Position numbers and translations under genes: made by a program. A stretch of DNA of 64,000 nt from Herpetosiphon gulosus (GTDB lineage Bacteria > Chloroflexota > Chloroflexia > Chloroflexales > Herpetosiphonaceae). Below the pieces are notes generated by a model, which saw only the letters and a program-made list of their open reading frames with translations, was not told the origin of the DNA and made no database searches. The stretch covers positions 258,427-322,426 of the forward strand of contig NZ_BAABRU010000004.1 in NCBI RefSeq assembly GCF_039545135.1, read 5' to 3'. Positions 39,114 through 50,225 of this stretch are shown in pieces (the first letter of the stretch is position 1; each line of letters begins with the position of its first letter).

Positions 39114-39177
39114 AATAAACAGGCCGTAGAGCAAAAACACCCCACGGCCTAGCAACGATGATTAGTTATGTCAAATG

Positions 39178-42100
39178 CTATTTTTTGCCAACTGCTTGAG
39201 CATGGGTATGCTTGACCGCCAAAATCGCCTCAAGTTCGGCTTCTTTGCCCGGCAAGCCATGGCAAGCTTTGAACTTCTTGCCGCTATCGCATGGGCAAGG
39301 ATCATTGCGGCCGATTTTGATCACAATTCGGCGGGCTGGTGCAGCTTGGCCTGCGGCATTGCTGACCCGTCGCGCCGCCCCACCAACTCCACGTTTGGCG
39401 GGCTTGGGAGCTTCTTCAGTAGCGTTTTCTGAACCACCAGCGGTTTGAGCCAGAGCCAAACGGGCTTCCATTTCAAGCTCAACTTGGCGCAAACGCACTT
39501 GCCAGTTAGCAGCGTCGGTAAAGAAGTTGTAGACGATCCGGTTTTGAATGTTGCCTTTGAGTTCGTCGAACATCTTAAAGGCTTCGCGTTTGAAGGCTAC
39601 CAATGGATCTTGTTGGGCAATTGCGACGTTGCCGATGCCTTGGCGCATTTCATCAACCGCTGTTAGATAATCGATCCATTCGCGATCGATTGCCCCCAGC
39701 ATTTCTTGGCGCTCGAAGTGGGCAAAGAAGGCTTCTGGGCCGCTGACCCCAGGAATTGGCTGAACTCCGCGTTGTAATAAGGTGGTGTATTGGGTTGCCA
39801 ACTCTTCGCCAAGCCGATTGTAGGCTTCTTCCACCACTTCGGTAGCAATTTCGCCAATTTCATCAGCTTGTTTGCCTTTGAAGCGGGCTGCCAATTCAGT
39901 TTCTTGGGCTTTGAGTTGGGGCACAATCGAATACAACTGACGCAAGAATCCTTCGAGATCGGGCTTGTCTAGCTCGCGGTTATCGAGAAATTCTTCGACA
40001 TGGATGTCGATTTCATCAACGACCATCTCAAGAATCCGGTCGCCCATATCTTCGCCGCCAAGAATAGCATGGCGGTCAGCGTAGATCACTTCGCGCTGCT
40101 TGTTCACCACGTCGTCGTATTCGACCACATGCTTACGCACATCAAAGTTATAACCTTCAACCCGAGTTTGGGCACTTTCGATCGCTTTATCGAGCAAGCC
40201 CGATTCGAGTGGCAATTCTTCATCGCCATCAGACATACGCTCCATCAAGCGCTTGATCGTGTCAATTCGTCCGAAGCGGGTCATCAACTCATCTTCAAGT
40301 GAAATGAAGAAGCGCGACGAACCCGGGTCGCCTTGACGGCCAGCCCGACCACGGAGTTGGTTATCAATCCGGCGAGCTTCGTGGCGCTCAGTGCCGATGA
40401 TGTGCAAGCCACCAGCTTCCATCACAGCTTTACGCTCAGCCTCGACATCGGCTTTAGCTTGGGCCTGGACTTGGGCTAGTTGCTCAGGCGTTGCATCGGC
40501 AATGGTTGTGCCAAGAGCTTTGAGATGTTCCTCAATTAAACCATCGGGGTTGCCGCCCAGCAAAATGTCAGTTCCCCGACCAGCCATGTTGGTCGCAATT
40601 GTGATCGCACCCGTGCGACCAGCTTGAGCCACGATATAAGCTTCACGTTCGTGTTGCTTAGCATTCAAAAGATAGTGTTCAAGCCCTTCTTGCTTCAGCA
40701 AATTGCTGACAATTTCGGAGCTTTCGACCGAGGTTGTACCGACCAAAACTGGGCGGCCAACTGCGTGCATCTCTTTGATTTCGCGCAGTACGGCGTGATA
40801 TTTGGCTTTTTGCGAGGCATAAATATGGTCGCGATAATCTTCGCGCACGACTTGGCGATTGGTCGGGATAATCACCACTTCCAAATTGTAGATTTTGCTA
40901 AATTCTTCAGCTTCGGTGATCGCTGTACCAGTCATGCCACCAAGTTTATTGTACATTCGGAAGTAGTTTTGGAAGGTGATGGTTGCCAAGGTGACGTTCT
41001 CGCGGCGCACTTCGACCGCTTCTTTGGCTTCAACCGCTTGGTGCAAGCCATCTGACCAACGCCGACCTGGCATTGTCCGGCCTGTAAATTCATCGACGAT
41101 CACGACTTCGCCATTTTGCACCACATAATCAACATCACGATGGAAAACATATTCGGCCTTGAGGGCGTTTTCCAAATAATGAGTTAATTCAAAGTTCTTG
41201 GCATCGTACATATTTTCGCCATCAGGCAAATTGAGGCGTTTTTCCATCACCTCTAAGCCCGATTCGGTCAAGGTAATTGAGCGTGATTTTTCGTCGATCC
41301 AATAATCGCCATCGAAATCGTCTTTCAAGCCCTTGCGCACTTCATCTGGCGAAATGCTTGAGCGCTTGAGGCCACGCACCAACGAAGAAAACCGACGATA
41401 GTTATCGCTGGATTCTTGGGCTGGGCCAGAGATAATCAAGGGAGTACGGGCTTCGTCGATCAAAATATTATCTACTTCGTCAACAATCGCATAGTGCAAT
41501 TCACGCTGCACACATTGATCTTTGTGCTGCACCATGTTATCGCGCAGATAATCGAAGCCATATTCATTATTTGTTCCGTAGGTCATATCGGCCATATAGG
41601 CTTCGCGGCGTGAGCAAGGCCGCCAGTGCACCAAACGGCTATCATCTTGTTTGGCGTTGGGGTCGATATAATTGGGGTCGTAAATCGCTGAATAATCGTG
41701 GGCGATATAGCCCGTGCTCATGCCGAGGCTATGGAAGATTGGCCCCATCCAGCCACCACCAACTTTGGCGAGGTAGTCGTTGACGGTAACCAAGTGTGCG
41801 CCACGGCCAGGAATTGCATTGAGGAACAAGGGCAAGGAAGCCACCAAGGTCTTACCTTCGCCAGTCTTCATTTCGGCGATGCGGCCTTCGTGCAGCACAA
41901 TCCCGCCGATCATCTGGACATCGTAGTGACGTTGACCAATCACGCGGCTTGAGGCTTCGCGCACCAAAGCAAAAGCTTCGGGCAACAATTCATCAAGCGC
42001 CGCATCTTCAATCGTCCGTAATTCCTTTTGATAGTCTTTTTCGACGGTGGAATCGTGGCGATTTTCGTCGGCGTAGCGGTCGTCGAGCGCTTCACGATCC

Positions 42101-42276
42101 GCTTTGGTTAGCTCTGCGAACCGTGTGCGTAATTCAGCCGTTTTTTCACGGAGTTGTTCATCGCTAAGAGCCTTCATTGTTGGCTCAAGGGCGTTAATTT
42201 CATCTAAGGTTGGCTGCATTTTCTTCACAACCTTAGCGTTGGGGTCGCCCAGTAGTTTCCCAAGCCATTTAAACAT
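39178..42276 (-). CDS. secA: preprotein translocase subunit SecA
   Basis: [23 protein letters not shown]-terminus, DEAD-like motor motifs and the C-terminal zinc-binding [14 protein letters not shown]. Confidence 0.9.
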   Translation of the reverse strand: MFKWLGKLLGDPNAKVVKKMQPTLDEINALEPTMKALSDEQLREKTAELRTRFAELTKADREALDDRYADENRHDSTVEKDYQKELRTIEDAALDELLPEAFALVREASSRVIGQRHYDVQMIGGIVLHEGRIAEMKTGEGKTLVASLPLFLNAIPGRGAHLVTVNDYLAKVGGGWMGPIFHSLGMSTGYIAHDYSAIYDPNYIDPNAKQDDSRLVHWRPCSRREAYMADMTYGTNNEYGFDYLRDNMVQHKDQCVQRELHYAIVDEVDNILIDEARTPLIISGPAQESSDNYRRFSSLVRGLKRSSISPDEVRKGLKDDFDGDYWIDEKSRSITLTESGLEVMEKRLNLPDGENMYDAKNFELTHYLENALKAEYVFHRDVDYVVQNGEVVIVDEFTGRTMPGRRWSDGLHQAVEAKEAVEVRRENVTLATITFQNYFRMYNKLGGMTGTAITEAEEFSKIYNLEVVIIPTNRQVVREDYRDHIYASQKAKYHAVLREIKEMHAVGRPVLVGTTSVESSEIVSNLLKQEGLEHYLLNAKQHEREAYIVAQAGRTGAITIATNMAGRGTDILLGGNPDGLIEEHLKALGTTIADATPEQLAQVQAQAKADVEAERKAVMEAGGLHIIGTERHEARRIDNQLRGRAGRQGDPGSSRFFISLEDELMTRFGRIDTIKRLMERMSDGDEELPLESGLLDKAIESAQTRVEGYNFDVRKHVVEYDDVVNKQREVIYADRHAILGGEDMGDRILEMVVDEIDIHVEEFLDNRELDKPDLEGFLRQLYSIVPQLKAQETELAARFKGKQADEIGEIATEVVEEAYNRLGEELATQYTTLLQRGVQPIPGVSGPEAFFAHFERQEMLGAIDREWIDYLTAVDEMRQGIGNVAIAQQDPLVAFKREAFKMFDELKGNIQNRIVYNFFTDAANWQVRLRQVELEMEARLALAQTAGGSENATEEAPKPAKRGVGGAARRVSNAAGQAAPARRIVIKIGRNDPCPCDSGKKFKACHGLPGKEAELEAILAVKHTHAQAVGKK

Positions 42277-42380
42277 GTGGTACCTCGTGGTGTCTGAATA
42301 TCGGCAGCACGGCTGCATCGCTAGATTATACCACGCAGCTTTGGGCCTTTGAATGCCTTAAAAGCTGCTTAAACGAAATG

Positions 42381-42956
42381 TTAACGCACTGCCAATAGTC
42401 GTGGAGCTTCGCGTTTGAGCAACCGTTGAAACTTGCCAATAAAGCGCCCAAGCTGCGGATCACTGCGTTCCAACGGCAGTTGATCGAGCGCAAACCAGCG
42501 AATTTGGCTAAATTCAGCTTGATCGTAGGCCAATGGTTGTTGCGAATCAGCTTGCACTACATACCACAAGGAAACATCAATATGACCTGCGGTCAACCCA
42601 ACCGTTTCGGTCACGGTGATGAAGCAGGGATCTTGCCAATAAAACTCAGCTTGAATGCCCAATTCTTCTTCGATCTCACGAATCACGGTGATTGCTGGAT
42701 GTTCATCTGACTCAACATGGCCGCCACATGGCAACCATAATTGAGCATTGCGATGATCGACCAATAAAATCTGAGCCGTCGCCGGATCGTACACCACAAT
42801 GTAGGAAACTAAGTGCATTGGCGGGGTTGCAGGCTTGGCCGTGCGAAACAGTGGCGCATCGCTATCGATCCATGCCAAGGTTTCATTACAATCGGCCTGC
42901 TCGCGTAAATCCAAAGGGGCAATTTGAGTCACTAAGCTACGAATGGTTGAACGCAT
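42381..42956 (-). CDS. NUDIX hydrolase
   Basis: Nudix box GGHVESDEHPAITVIREIEEELG. Start MRSTIRSL with a GGAGGA Shine-Dalgarno. Confidence 0.65.
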   Translation of the reverse strand: MRSTIRSLVTQIAPLDLREQADCNETLAWIDSDAPLFRTAKPATPPMHLVSYIVVYDPATAQILLVDHRNAQLWLPCGGHVESDEHPAITVIREIEEELGIQAEFYWQDPCFITVTETVGLTAGHIDVSLWYVVQADSQQPLAYDQAEFSQIRWFALDQLPLERSDPQLGRFIGKFQRLLKREAPRLLAVR

Positions 42957-42985
42957 AACTTCCTCCAACGATCAATTCTCGATTT

Positions 42986-43040
42986 GATCCACAAAGGACA
43001 CGAAGAACGGAAACCACGAAGGACACGAAGAACGCGAAGG
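42986..43040. repeat. GATCCACAAAGGACACGAAGAAC...CACGAAGGACACGAAGAACGCGAAGG repeat copy
   Basis: Member of the GATCCACGAAGGACACGAAG family, which also occurs at 26449, 38931, 49556, 49643 and inverted at 50191. Confidence 0.55.
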
Positions 43041-43159
43041 CTCTTTTTTAGCCACAGATGACACTGATTATTTTGATTATTTGGCTAGCCCCAACCTTCA
43101 ATGACCGATCCCGCTTTTGCCTTTTGATTTCTGACTCTATGTTCTATGCTCTATGTTCT

Positions 43160-43747
43160 TCATCCTTTCAAAGCGTCGATGCTACCAACCAGCAATGGCA
43201 CACTATCATTGATAAAATGTTCGAGGTTTTGGCAACGATCGCTATACAGCCAGCGGGCGGCCAATGCATAAACCGACCAACTAAGCATAGTTGCCAGTAA
43301 TTGGCGTTGCATGGCTGGCACACCACGTAACGGCCCATAATGATCAAGCCAGGTTTGAATATGCTGCTCAAGCATGCGCTTGATCTGATTTTCCGCCAAC
43401 GAATCGAAAAACCGATGATATTGGTTGCATTGACCATGGATCATCGCCCAATGGTCGGCGATCGCCCATAGCAAAGCTTGCATATAGCGCGTTGGCGTAT
43501 CGGGATAATGCTGCATGCGCCGATCAAGATACAGCATAAAGCCATCACGAATCAGCTCATCGACCAAGGCATATTTATCGCTGAAATGGGCATAGAAGGT
43601 TGCGCGATTGATCGTCGCAGCTTCGGCAATCTCATTAACTGTGACTTCTTCGAAGGTACGGGTGCGCAAGAGCTGAATCAAGGCATCAAGAATTAATTTA
43701 CGGGTGCGCTTGGTGCGCGGATCAATTTTAACTGCGTTTCCCAACAT
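43160..43747 (-). CDS. TetR/AcrR-family transcriptional regulator
   Basis: N-terminal HTH: TFEEVTVNEIAEAATINRATFYAHF. Confidence 0.7.
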   Translation of the reverse strand: MLGNAVKIDPRTKRTRKLILDALIQLLRTRTFEEVTVNEIAEAATINRATFYAHFSDKYALVDELIRDGFMLYLDRRMQHYPDTPTRYMQALLWAIADHWAMIHGQCNQYHRFFDSLAENQIKRMLEQHIQTWLDHYGPLRGVPAMQRQLLATMLSWSVYALAARWLYSDRCQNLEHFINDSVPLLVGSIDALKG

Positions 43748-43890
43748 TTTAGCTCCTTTGTTGCCTAAACAACAAATTTTCGTTTTTGCTGGTTGACACT
43801 ATACCACGGCTTCTTTATGCTATTCAACAGATGTCAATTAAACAACGAGTGTTGTTTAGATCTAGAAATTCATTAGCGAGGTTTTCAATC

Positions 43891-44775
43891 ATGGCAAATA
43901 CCCAAGGTTTGGTAGCGATCACAGGTGCGGCTGGGCAATTAGGTCGTTTGGTTTTGCAACAAGTGCTCGAAAAAGTTGCGGCAAATCAAGTTGTGGCAAT
44001 CACCCGCGATCCCGCCAAATTGGCCGATGTCGCTGCTCAAGGGGTTAAAGTCGTTGCTGGCGATTTTAGCGATCCCGCTGGTTTGACCGCTGCCTTGGCT
44101 GGAGTCGAGCGTGTCTTGATGATTAGTATCGATGTGATTGGCGGCGAACGAGTGCGTTTGCAAACTGATGCAGTCAAAGCAATCGCAGCGGCTGGCGTGA
44201 AGCATCTGGTTTATACCTCGGCAATCAATCCCGCCGAAGCCCCAATGGAATTTTTGCGTGAACACGCTGCGACCGAGCAAGCGATCGTAGCCAGCGGTTT
44301 GAGCTACAGCTTCTTGCGCAACAACTTCTATTTTGAAACAATTACCGATAAAGTGAAAGGCGCTTTGGCTGGGGGCGTAATCGCTGCCGCCGCTGGCGAT
44401 GCCGCTGCTGGCTTAGTTGCCCGCGCCGATTGTGCTGCTGCCGCCGCTGCCGCTTTGGTCAGCGCTAACACAACCTCAGAAGTGTATAACATCACTGGCC
44501 CTGTGAGCTTGAGCCACAAAGCAATCGCTGAAACTGTGGCTGAATTTGCAGGCCGCGACGTGGTTTATCAGCCCATTGATGCCGCCAGCGCCCAACAACA
44601 ACTTGAGCAATTTGGCTTGCCTGCCCAAATCGCAGGTTTCGTCGTCGCGATCGACCACGATTTGATCGGCTCAGGCGCGTTGGATCTTGTGACCAACGAC
44701 GTTGAGCGCTTGACTGGTAAACCAGCTCAATCATTGGCCGAATATCTCAATGCCAACCGTGGTTTGTTTAGCTAG
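43891..44775 (+). CDS. NAD(P)H-binding NmrA-like/atypical SDR oxidoreductase
   Basis: Start MANTQGLVAITGAAGQLGRLV (Rossmann GxxGxxG). An Ala-rich low-complexity tract lies mid-protein. Confidence 0.55.
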   Translation: MANTQGLVAITGAAGQLGRLVLQQVLEKVAANQVVAITRDPAKLADVAAQGVKVVAGDFSDPAGLTAALAGVERVLMISIDVIGGERVRLQTDAVKAIAAAGVKHLVYTSAINPAEAPMEFLREHAATEQAIVASGLSYSFLRNNFYFETITDKVKGALAGGVIAAAAGDAAAGLVARADCAAAAAAALVSANTTSEVYNITGPVSLSHKAIAETVAEFAGRDVVYQPIDAASAQQQLEQFGLPAQIAGFVVAIDHDLIGSGALDLVTNDVERLTGKPAQSLAEYLNANRGLFS

Positions 44776-44872
44776 ATCCCCTCACCCCAACCCCTCTCCC
44801 ACGCTGCGGGAGAGGGGCTTTTTGTTTTGTGGTTCCTCGGGCGAAAGAAGATGCTAGGGGCGAGAGGATTAA

Positions 44873-45763
44873 CTATTTGCTTGTAGTAGGATTATGAATT
44901 GGCAAGCCAACCACGTTGCCCCATTCAGTCCAAGAGCCATCATAATTGCGCACATTTTTGTAGCCCAGCAATTCATGCAGCACAAACCAAGTCAATGATG
45001 AGCGCTCGCCAATCCGGCAATAAACCACGGTATCACTTTCGGGCGTAACCCCAACATCGCCATATAATTGGCGAATTTCATCGGCGCTTTTGAATGTGCC
45101 ATCATCGTTGACTGCTTTAGCCCAAGGCACATTGACCGCGCCTGGAATATGGCCGCCGCGCACAGCACCTTCTTGGGGATATTCGGGCATGTGCAATTTT
45201 TTGCCGGTATATTCATCGGGCGAGCGTACATCAACCAAACTATGACCAGTGGGCAATTCAATCGCGGTTTGACGCGGATTTGGCCGACCAATATGGGCTA
45301 AAACATCATCGCGGAAAGCACGAATTTCAGGCTTGGGTTCGCCGACAACATAGCTGGTTGGCTCGAATGTTGGCACAACGCGAGTCAATTCACGGCCTTC
45401 ATCGATCCATTTTTTGCGGCCACCATTCATAATTTTGAGCTTTTCGTGACCAAGCAATTGGAAAACCCAGTAAGCATAGCAAGCCCACCAATTATTTTTA
45501 TCGCCATAAAAAACGATGGTGGTGTCGTTACTAATCCCAAATCGGCTCAGCAAGGCAGCAAAATCGTCGCCATCAATATAATCACGAATCTGCAAATCGT
45601 TTAAATCATCTTGCCAATTGATTTTGACGGCGTTGGCGATATGGCCCATCTCATACAGCAAAATATCTTCATCCGACTCAACCAAGCGCACCTTGGGATC
45701 ATTCAAATGTTCGGCAACCCAATCCGTGCTCACCAAGACCTCAGGATTCACATAATCGCTCAT
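44873..45763 (-). CDS. thiosulfate/3-mercaptopyruvate sulfurtransferase (tandem rhodanese)
   Basis: Two rhodanese domains; active-site CRIGERSS loop. Confidence 0.75.
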   Translation of the reverse strand: MSDYVNPEVLVSTDWVAEHLNDPKVRLVESDEDILLYEMGHIANAVKINWQDDLNDLQIRDYIDGDDFAALLSRFGISNDTTIVFYGDKNNWWACYAYWVFQLLGHEKLKIMNGGRKKWIDEGRELTRVVPTFEPTSYVVGEPKPEIRAFRDDVLAHIGRPNPRQTAIELPTGHSLVDVRSPDEYTGKKLHMPEYPQEGAVRGGHIPGAVNVPWAKAVNDDGTFKSADEIRQLYGDVGVTPESDTVVYCRIGERSSLTWFVLHELLGYKNVRNYDGSWTEWGNVVGLPIHNPTTSK

Positions 45764-45789
45764 CGATTGCTCCTTTATCGAATTAATAA

Positions 45790-46104
45790 TTAAGCCTCAA
45801 GCAAAATTTGATCGCCTTCAATTTTGAGGTTGTAGACCTTCAATGGTTCGGTCGCTGGCAACGAGCGCGGGCGGCCACTAGCTAAATCAAAACGTGCGCC
45901 ATGCAACGGACACTCAATCGTGCAATCATCAACATCCAACTCGCCCTCGTGTAATTCGGCATAGGCATGGGTGCAGATGTTGCTGGTGGCGAAATATTGC
46001 GTGCCACAGCGAAAAATCCCGACTTGCTCGCCAGCAAAATCAATTTGAATCGCTGACGTTTCGACCAAATCTTGCAGCGTTGCAACAACGTGAAAGCTCA
46101 TCAT
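45790..46104 (-). CDS. Rieske (2Fe-2S) ferredoxin-like protein
   Basis: [11 protein letters not shown]...CPLHGARFD (CxH...CxxH). Located downstream of sufB. Confidence 0.6.
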   Translation of the reverse strand: MMSFHVVATLQDLVETSAIQIDFAGEQVGIFRCGTQYFATSNICTHAYAELHEGELDVDDCTIECPLHGARFDLASGRPRSLPATEPLKVYNLKIEGDQILLEA

Positions 46105-46199
46105 TATTCCTTAATTTATTAACTAAATTGATTAACAATGATCTGACATAGAAAACGCCGAGGACGCAGTGGTTGCGCCTCGGCGTTGGTAGGCCAAGC

Positions 46200-47618
46200 C
46201 TAGCCGACCGAACCTTCCATTTCCATTTGGATTAAGCGGTTCAATTCGACCGCGTACTCCATGGGCAATTCGCGGGTGAATGGCTCCATAAAGCCCAACA
46301 CAATCATCGAAAGTGCTTCGGCTTCGTCGAGGCCACGGCTCATCAGATAGAACAATTGCTCTTCACCGATTTTGCCGACGGTTGCTTCGTGGGCGACGGT
46401 TGCTGAATCTTCCTCGATCTCGATGTAGGGAATCGTATCCGAGGCTGAGCGATCGTCAAGAATCAAGGCATCACACACCACGTTGATTTTGGCGTTGTGT
46501 GCACCGCGCATAACCTTAGCCAAACCACGATAGGTCGTACGACCGCCGTTCTTCGAGACTGATTTGTTGGTGATACGGCTGGTAGTGTCGGGAGCGCCGT
46601 GCACCATCTTGGCCCCAGCGTCTTGATGTTGGCCTTCGCCAGCATAAGCAACTGAGAGCACCTCACCCTTTGCGCCGCGACCCATCATGTAAACCGCAGG
46701 ATACTTCATGGTCAACTTCGAACCAATGTTACCATCGACCCATTCCATCGAAGCATCTTCATAGGCTACGGCCCGTTTGGTCACCAAATTGAAGATATTG
46801 TTGGCCCAGTTTTGAATCGTGGTGTAGCGGCATTTGCCACCTTTCTTCACGATAATTTCAACCACTGCTGAGTGCAATGAGTTGGTGCTATAAACTGGCG
46901 CGGTACAACCTTCGATATAGTGCACTTCTGCGCCTTCATCAACGATAATCAAGGTGCGCTCGAATTGGCCCATGTTTTCAGCGTTGATGCGGAAATAGGC
47001 TTGCAATGGAATATCGACCTTGACACCTTTGGGCACATAGACGAACGAACCACCCGACCAAACCGCTGTGTTCAAGGCAGCAAATTTGTTATCGGCTGAA
47101 GGAATGATCGTGCCGAAATATTCCTTGAACAATTCTGGATACTCTTTCAAGCCAGTATCGGTATCAAGGAAGATCACGCCCAGTTTTTCCCACTCTTCGC
47201 GCAACGAGTGGTAAACAACTTCTGATTCGTATTGAGCGCCAACGCCAGCCAAGAACTTGCGTTCGGCTTCAGGAATACCCAATTTTTCAAAGGTATTCTT
47301 GATACTTTCTGGTACATCGTCCCAGTTATTTTCGGCGCGTTCGCCAGGCCGCACATAATAGTGAATATCTTGGAAATCCAACTCGGCTAAGCGAGGGTTG
47401 GCCCAGACACCACTAACGGGCAATGGTTTTTTATGGAAAATTTCCAGCGCCTTCAAGCGGCGTTGCAACATCCATTCAGGTTCGCCCTTCATTTCCGAGA
47501 TCGTGCGCACAATATCGGCACTCAGACCCTTTGAGGATTTGAATGTGTAGTTCTCTTCGTCGCGAAAGCCGTACTTCGAGTAATCAAACTCGATTTCGTT
47601 TTGTGCAGGGTTGGACAT
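46200..47618 (-). CDS. sufB: Fe-S cluster assembly protein SufB
   Basis: 472-aa SufB/SufD-fold protein with the typical N-terminal [18 protein letters not shown].... Confidence 0.85.
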   Translation of the reverse strand: MSNPAQNEIEFDYSKYGFRDEENYTFKSSKGLSADIVRTISEMKGEPEWMLQRRLKALEIFHKKPLPVSGVWANPRLAELDFQDIHYYVRPGERAENNWDDVPESIKNTFEKLGIPEAERKFLAGVGAQYESEVVYHSLREEWEKLGVIFLDTDTGLKEYPELFKEYFGTIIPSADNKFAALNTAVWSGGSFVYVPKGVKVDIPLQAYFRINAENMGQFERTLIIVDEGAEVHYIEGCTAPVYSTNSLHSAVVEIIVKKGGKCRYTTIQNWANNIFNLVTKRAVAYEDASMEWVDGNIGSKLTMKYPAVYMMGRGAKGEVLSVAYAGEGQHQDAGAKMVHGAPDTTSRITNKSVSKNGGRTTYRGLAKVMRGAHNAKINVVCDALILDDRSASDTIPYIEIEEDSATVAHEATVGKIGEEQLFYLMSRGLDEAEALSMIVLGFMEPFTRELPMEYAVELNRLIQMEMEGSVG

Positions 47619-47641
47619 GCCCTGAGCCTCCTATAGTGTGA

Positions 47642-47872
47642 TCACGAATAAGTGATGAGATTACTTGATTCAGAATCTTGCAATTCTGTTTCTAAATGAT
47701 GCCATTCGTTAGCAGAAAATTCGGCTAGTGCCGTGGCAATTGATTGTTGATAGCGCCGCTCACCCAATCGTTCGAACAAGGCATAGATTGCCCAGAGACC
47801 GAATCCGGCTCCAGCCAATTTAACTAATCGTATTATGTTGATTAGTGCTGGATATCGAGCGGACTGGATCAA
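47642..47872 (-). CDS. small hypothetical protein (76 aa) within the suf cluster
   Basis: 4-nt ATGA-type overlap with sufU and 24 nt before sufB. One hydrophobic helix. Could be a genuine small suf-associated protein. Confidence 0.3.
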   Translation of the reverse strand: MIQSARYPALINIIRLVKLAGAGFGLWAIYALFERLGERRYQQSIATALAEFSANEWHHLETELQDSESSNLITYS

Positions 47873-48264
47873 AGGCGATCCTCATCGTCGTCAACCAGAT
47901 TGACCCCGTAGAGACCAGCTTTGAGCGTTTTGAGCGAGAGCAAGGCACATTTCAGCCTCACGGGACCAATCGGTATCCCCAATAAATCGAGGATGGTTTG
48001 TTTATCAAAGGCTTTAGCTTCATCAACGCTTTTGCCAGCAAGTTCTTCGCTGAGCATCGAGGCTGAAGCTTGGCTAATCGCACAACCTTTACCTTTAAAT
48101 TTTACATCAACAATCCGCTCGTTTTCGACCAACAAATAAATGCTGAGTTGATCGCCACACAACGGATTATGCTCGTGTTGCACAATCGTTGGCTGCTCAA
48201 GCTCGCCGTAATTTCGCGGATGGCGATAATGATCTAATATATTTTCACGATATAAATCGTCCAC
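47869..48264 (-). CDS. sufU: SufU/NifU-like Fe-S scaffold (sulfur acceptor)
   Basis: RENILDHYRHPRNYGEL...NPLCGD...GKGCAISQASASM, the conserved Cys triad of SufU/IscU N-terminal domains. Confidence 0.7.
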   Translation of the reverse strand: MDDLYRENILDHYRHPRNYGELEQPTIVQHEHNPLCGDQLSIYLLVENERIVDVKFKGKGCAISQASASMLSEELAGKSVDEAKAFDKQTILDLLGIPIGPVRLKCALLSLKTLKAGLYGVNLVDDDEDRL

Positions 48265-48270
48265 AAGGCC

Positions 48271-49509
48271 TCACAGTTGGAAGGTATCGCGAGCCAAAAC
48301 CAAGGCTTCGGCCAAACGATCAATTTCTTCCTCAAGCGTGTATAGGTAGAATGATGCGCGTACCGTTGCTGGCACGCCCAGAATATCGTGCAACGGATGG
48401 GTACAATGATGCCCAGCCCGCACTGCAATCCCTTGGGTATCGAGAATCGCTGCCACATCGTGGGCATGCACACCAGCCAAGGTAAAGCTCACCAAGCCAC
48501 CGCGCTCGGCAGCAGGTGGACCAAAAATGGTCAACCCATCGATGCCGTTGAGTTTATCCCAAGCGTAGTGAGTTAATTGGCGTTCGCGCTCGTGAATCGC
48601 CTCCATCCCAAGCCCATTGAGGAAGTCTATCGCCGCGCCAAGGCCAATTGCCTCGGCAATCGCTGGCGTGCCTGCCTCGAATTTCCATGGGAGATCGTTC
48701 CATGAGCTTTCGCGTAGCCCGACCCGTTTGATCATATCGCCGCCACCCATAAACGGCGGCATCGCTTCAAGTAATTCGCGTCGCGCCCACAGAACCCCAA
48801 TGCCGGTTGGGCCACACATTTTATGCCCTGAAAAGGCCAAGAAATCACAGCCAAGCTCTTGAACATTGACTGGAATATGCGGCACACTTTGCGCCCCATC
48901 CACCACCACCAAGGCTCCGACCTGTTTGGCAGCAGCAATCACCCGTTCAACCGGATTGATCGTACCCAATACATTCGACATGTGAGTCATTGCCACCAAT
49001 TTGGTGCGTTCAGTCAATAATTGATCAAGCTTGCTCAGATCGAGCCTACCGTGAGCATCAAGCTCGATAAAATCAAGCTCTACACCAATTTGGGCTGCTA
49101 GCAATTGCCATGGCACTAAATTGGAATGATGTTCGCTGACTGTGAGCAAAATTCGATCGCCTGCTTGCAAATTAGCACGACCCCAGCTTTGAGCAACCAA
49201 GTTAATAGCTTCGGTGGTATTGCGGGTAAAAATAATTTCTTTGGTCGATTTCGCGCCGATAAAGCGGCCAATTGTGCGGCGTGTGCCTTCATAAGCTTCG
49301 GTAGCGGCTTCGCTAATCTGATACACGCCTCGATGAACATTCGCATTAATCGTGCGATAATAGCGATCCATCGCTTCAAGCACAGCTAACGGCTTTTGGG
49401 CAGTTGCGGTGCTATCCAAATAGGCTAAGCGATGGCCGTTAATCGATTGATCCAAGAGCGGGAATTGCTCGCGAATGGCCTGAATATCAAGGGTTGTTTG
49501 TACAGACAT
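48271..49509 (-). CDS. sufS: cysteine desulfurase SufS
   Basis: Class-V aminotransferase fold with the PLP lysine region (SGHKMCGPTGIGVL) and the active-site RAGHHC. Confidence 0.85.
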   Translation of the reverse strand: MSVQTTLDIQAIREQFPLLDQSINGHRLAYLDSTATAQKPLAVLEAMDRYYRTINANVHRGVYQISEAATEAYEGTRRTIGRFIGAKSTKEIIFTRNTTEAINLVAQSWGRANLQAGDRILLTVSEHHSNLVPWQLLAAQIGVELDFIELDAHGRLDLSKLDQLLTERTKLVAMTHMSNVLGTINPVERVIAAAKQVGALVVVDGAQSVPHIPVNVQELGCDFLAFSGHKMCGPTGIGVLWARRELLEAMPPFMGGGDMIKRVGLRESSWNDLPWKFEAGTPAIAEAIGLGAAIDFLNGLGMEAIHERERQLTHYAWDKLNGIDGLTIFGPPAAERGGLVSFTLAGVHAHDVAAILDTQGIAVRAGHHCTHPLHDILGVPATVRASFYLYTLEEEIDRLAEALVLARDTFQL

Positions 49510-49545
49510 AACTCACCAATATCCGATTCCATAAAGGAAACCATG

Positions 49546-49692
49546 AATTGCTTATTTTGATCCACAAAGGACACGAAGAGTACGAATGTTTGGCTCTTGT
49601 GATCCTACCAAGATTTATAGGCAATTAATAAAAAATTGCTTATTTTGATCCACGAAGGACACGAAGAGTACGAATGTTTGGCTCTTGTGATC
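49546..49692. repeat. two tandem 60-bp direct repeats (AATTGCTTATTTTGATCCAC[A/G]AAGGACACGAAGAGTACGAATGTTTGGCTCTTGTGATC), 87-bp period
   Basis: Copies at 49546..49605 and 49633..49692 with one mismatch. They flank the GxxExxY insert on its downstream side. Confidence 0.7.
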
Positions 49693-49731
49693 TGTTAAAA
49701 TTCATGGGCAATTAACGAGTTGACAGTAACG

Positions 49732-50109
49732 TCAACGAACTAGGCGTTTCCATTCCAACTTGCCAAGACCACCAAAATTAATCAATAGCCCAACCCGAAA
49801 TTGGGTTGCTTTGAGATAATTAATCAGTTGCGCTTCTTCGAGAGTTGTCAAACGATTTAGCGCTTTTAGCTCAACAATGACTTGGTTGTAACAAATAAAA
49901 TCAGCAATATAGTTTTTTTGGAGTAATTGCTGTTTATAACGAATTGCCAAAGGTGCTTGGGCCGCAAACTGAATTTGGCGTTGTGCCAACTCTAATGCAA
50001 GTGCTTCTTGATAAACAGCCTCTAGAAATCCGCTGCCCAACTCGCGATGTACTTCAATCGCCGCCCCAACCACCGCGAATACTTCGTCTGCCAAAAGAAT
50101 CGTTGCCAT
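49732..50109 (-). CDS. GxxExxY protein (PD-(D/E)XK-like) inserted in the suf cluster
   Basis: ...GSGFLEAVYQEAL... (GxxExxY) and ...YIADFICYNQVIVELKA.... 125 aa. Confidence 0.65.
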   Translation of the reverse strand: MATILLADEVFAVVGAAIEVHRELGSGFLEAVYQEALALELAQRQIQFAAQAPLAIRYKQQLLQKNYIADFICYNQVIVELKALNRLTTLEEAQLINYLKATQFRVGLLINFGGLGKLEWKRLVR

Positions 50110-50190
50110 CCACGCCTCCCAAAAATAGTTAGTTCGTTGCTGTAACTAGATACATAAACTAACTATTTTTGGGATCACACAAAAAACATA

Positions 50191-50219
50191 CTTCGTGTCC
50201 TTCGTGCCCTTCGTGGATC
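50191..50219. repeat. inverted copy of the GATCCACGAAGGGCACGAAGGACACGAAG repeat
   Basis: CTTCGTGTCCTTCGTGCCCTTCGTGGATC is the reverse complement of the family A motif. It sits on the upstream side of the GxxExxY insert. Confidence 0.6.
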
Positions 50220-50225
50220 AAATCG

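Noticed and set aside
44328-44519. Poly-Ala ORFs antisense to the NmrA-like gene
   Set aside because: They are a low-complexity artefact of the GCC/GCT-rich Ala tract in the sense gene.
26444-50225. Possible CRISPR array suggested by the recurring GATCCACGAAGGACACGAAG and GGATGAAGG motifs
   Set aside because: The copies are scattered across many intergenic regions, irregularly spaced, of variable length and partly inverted. There are no unique spacers and no cas genes, so this is not a CRISPR array.
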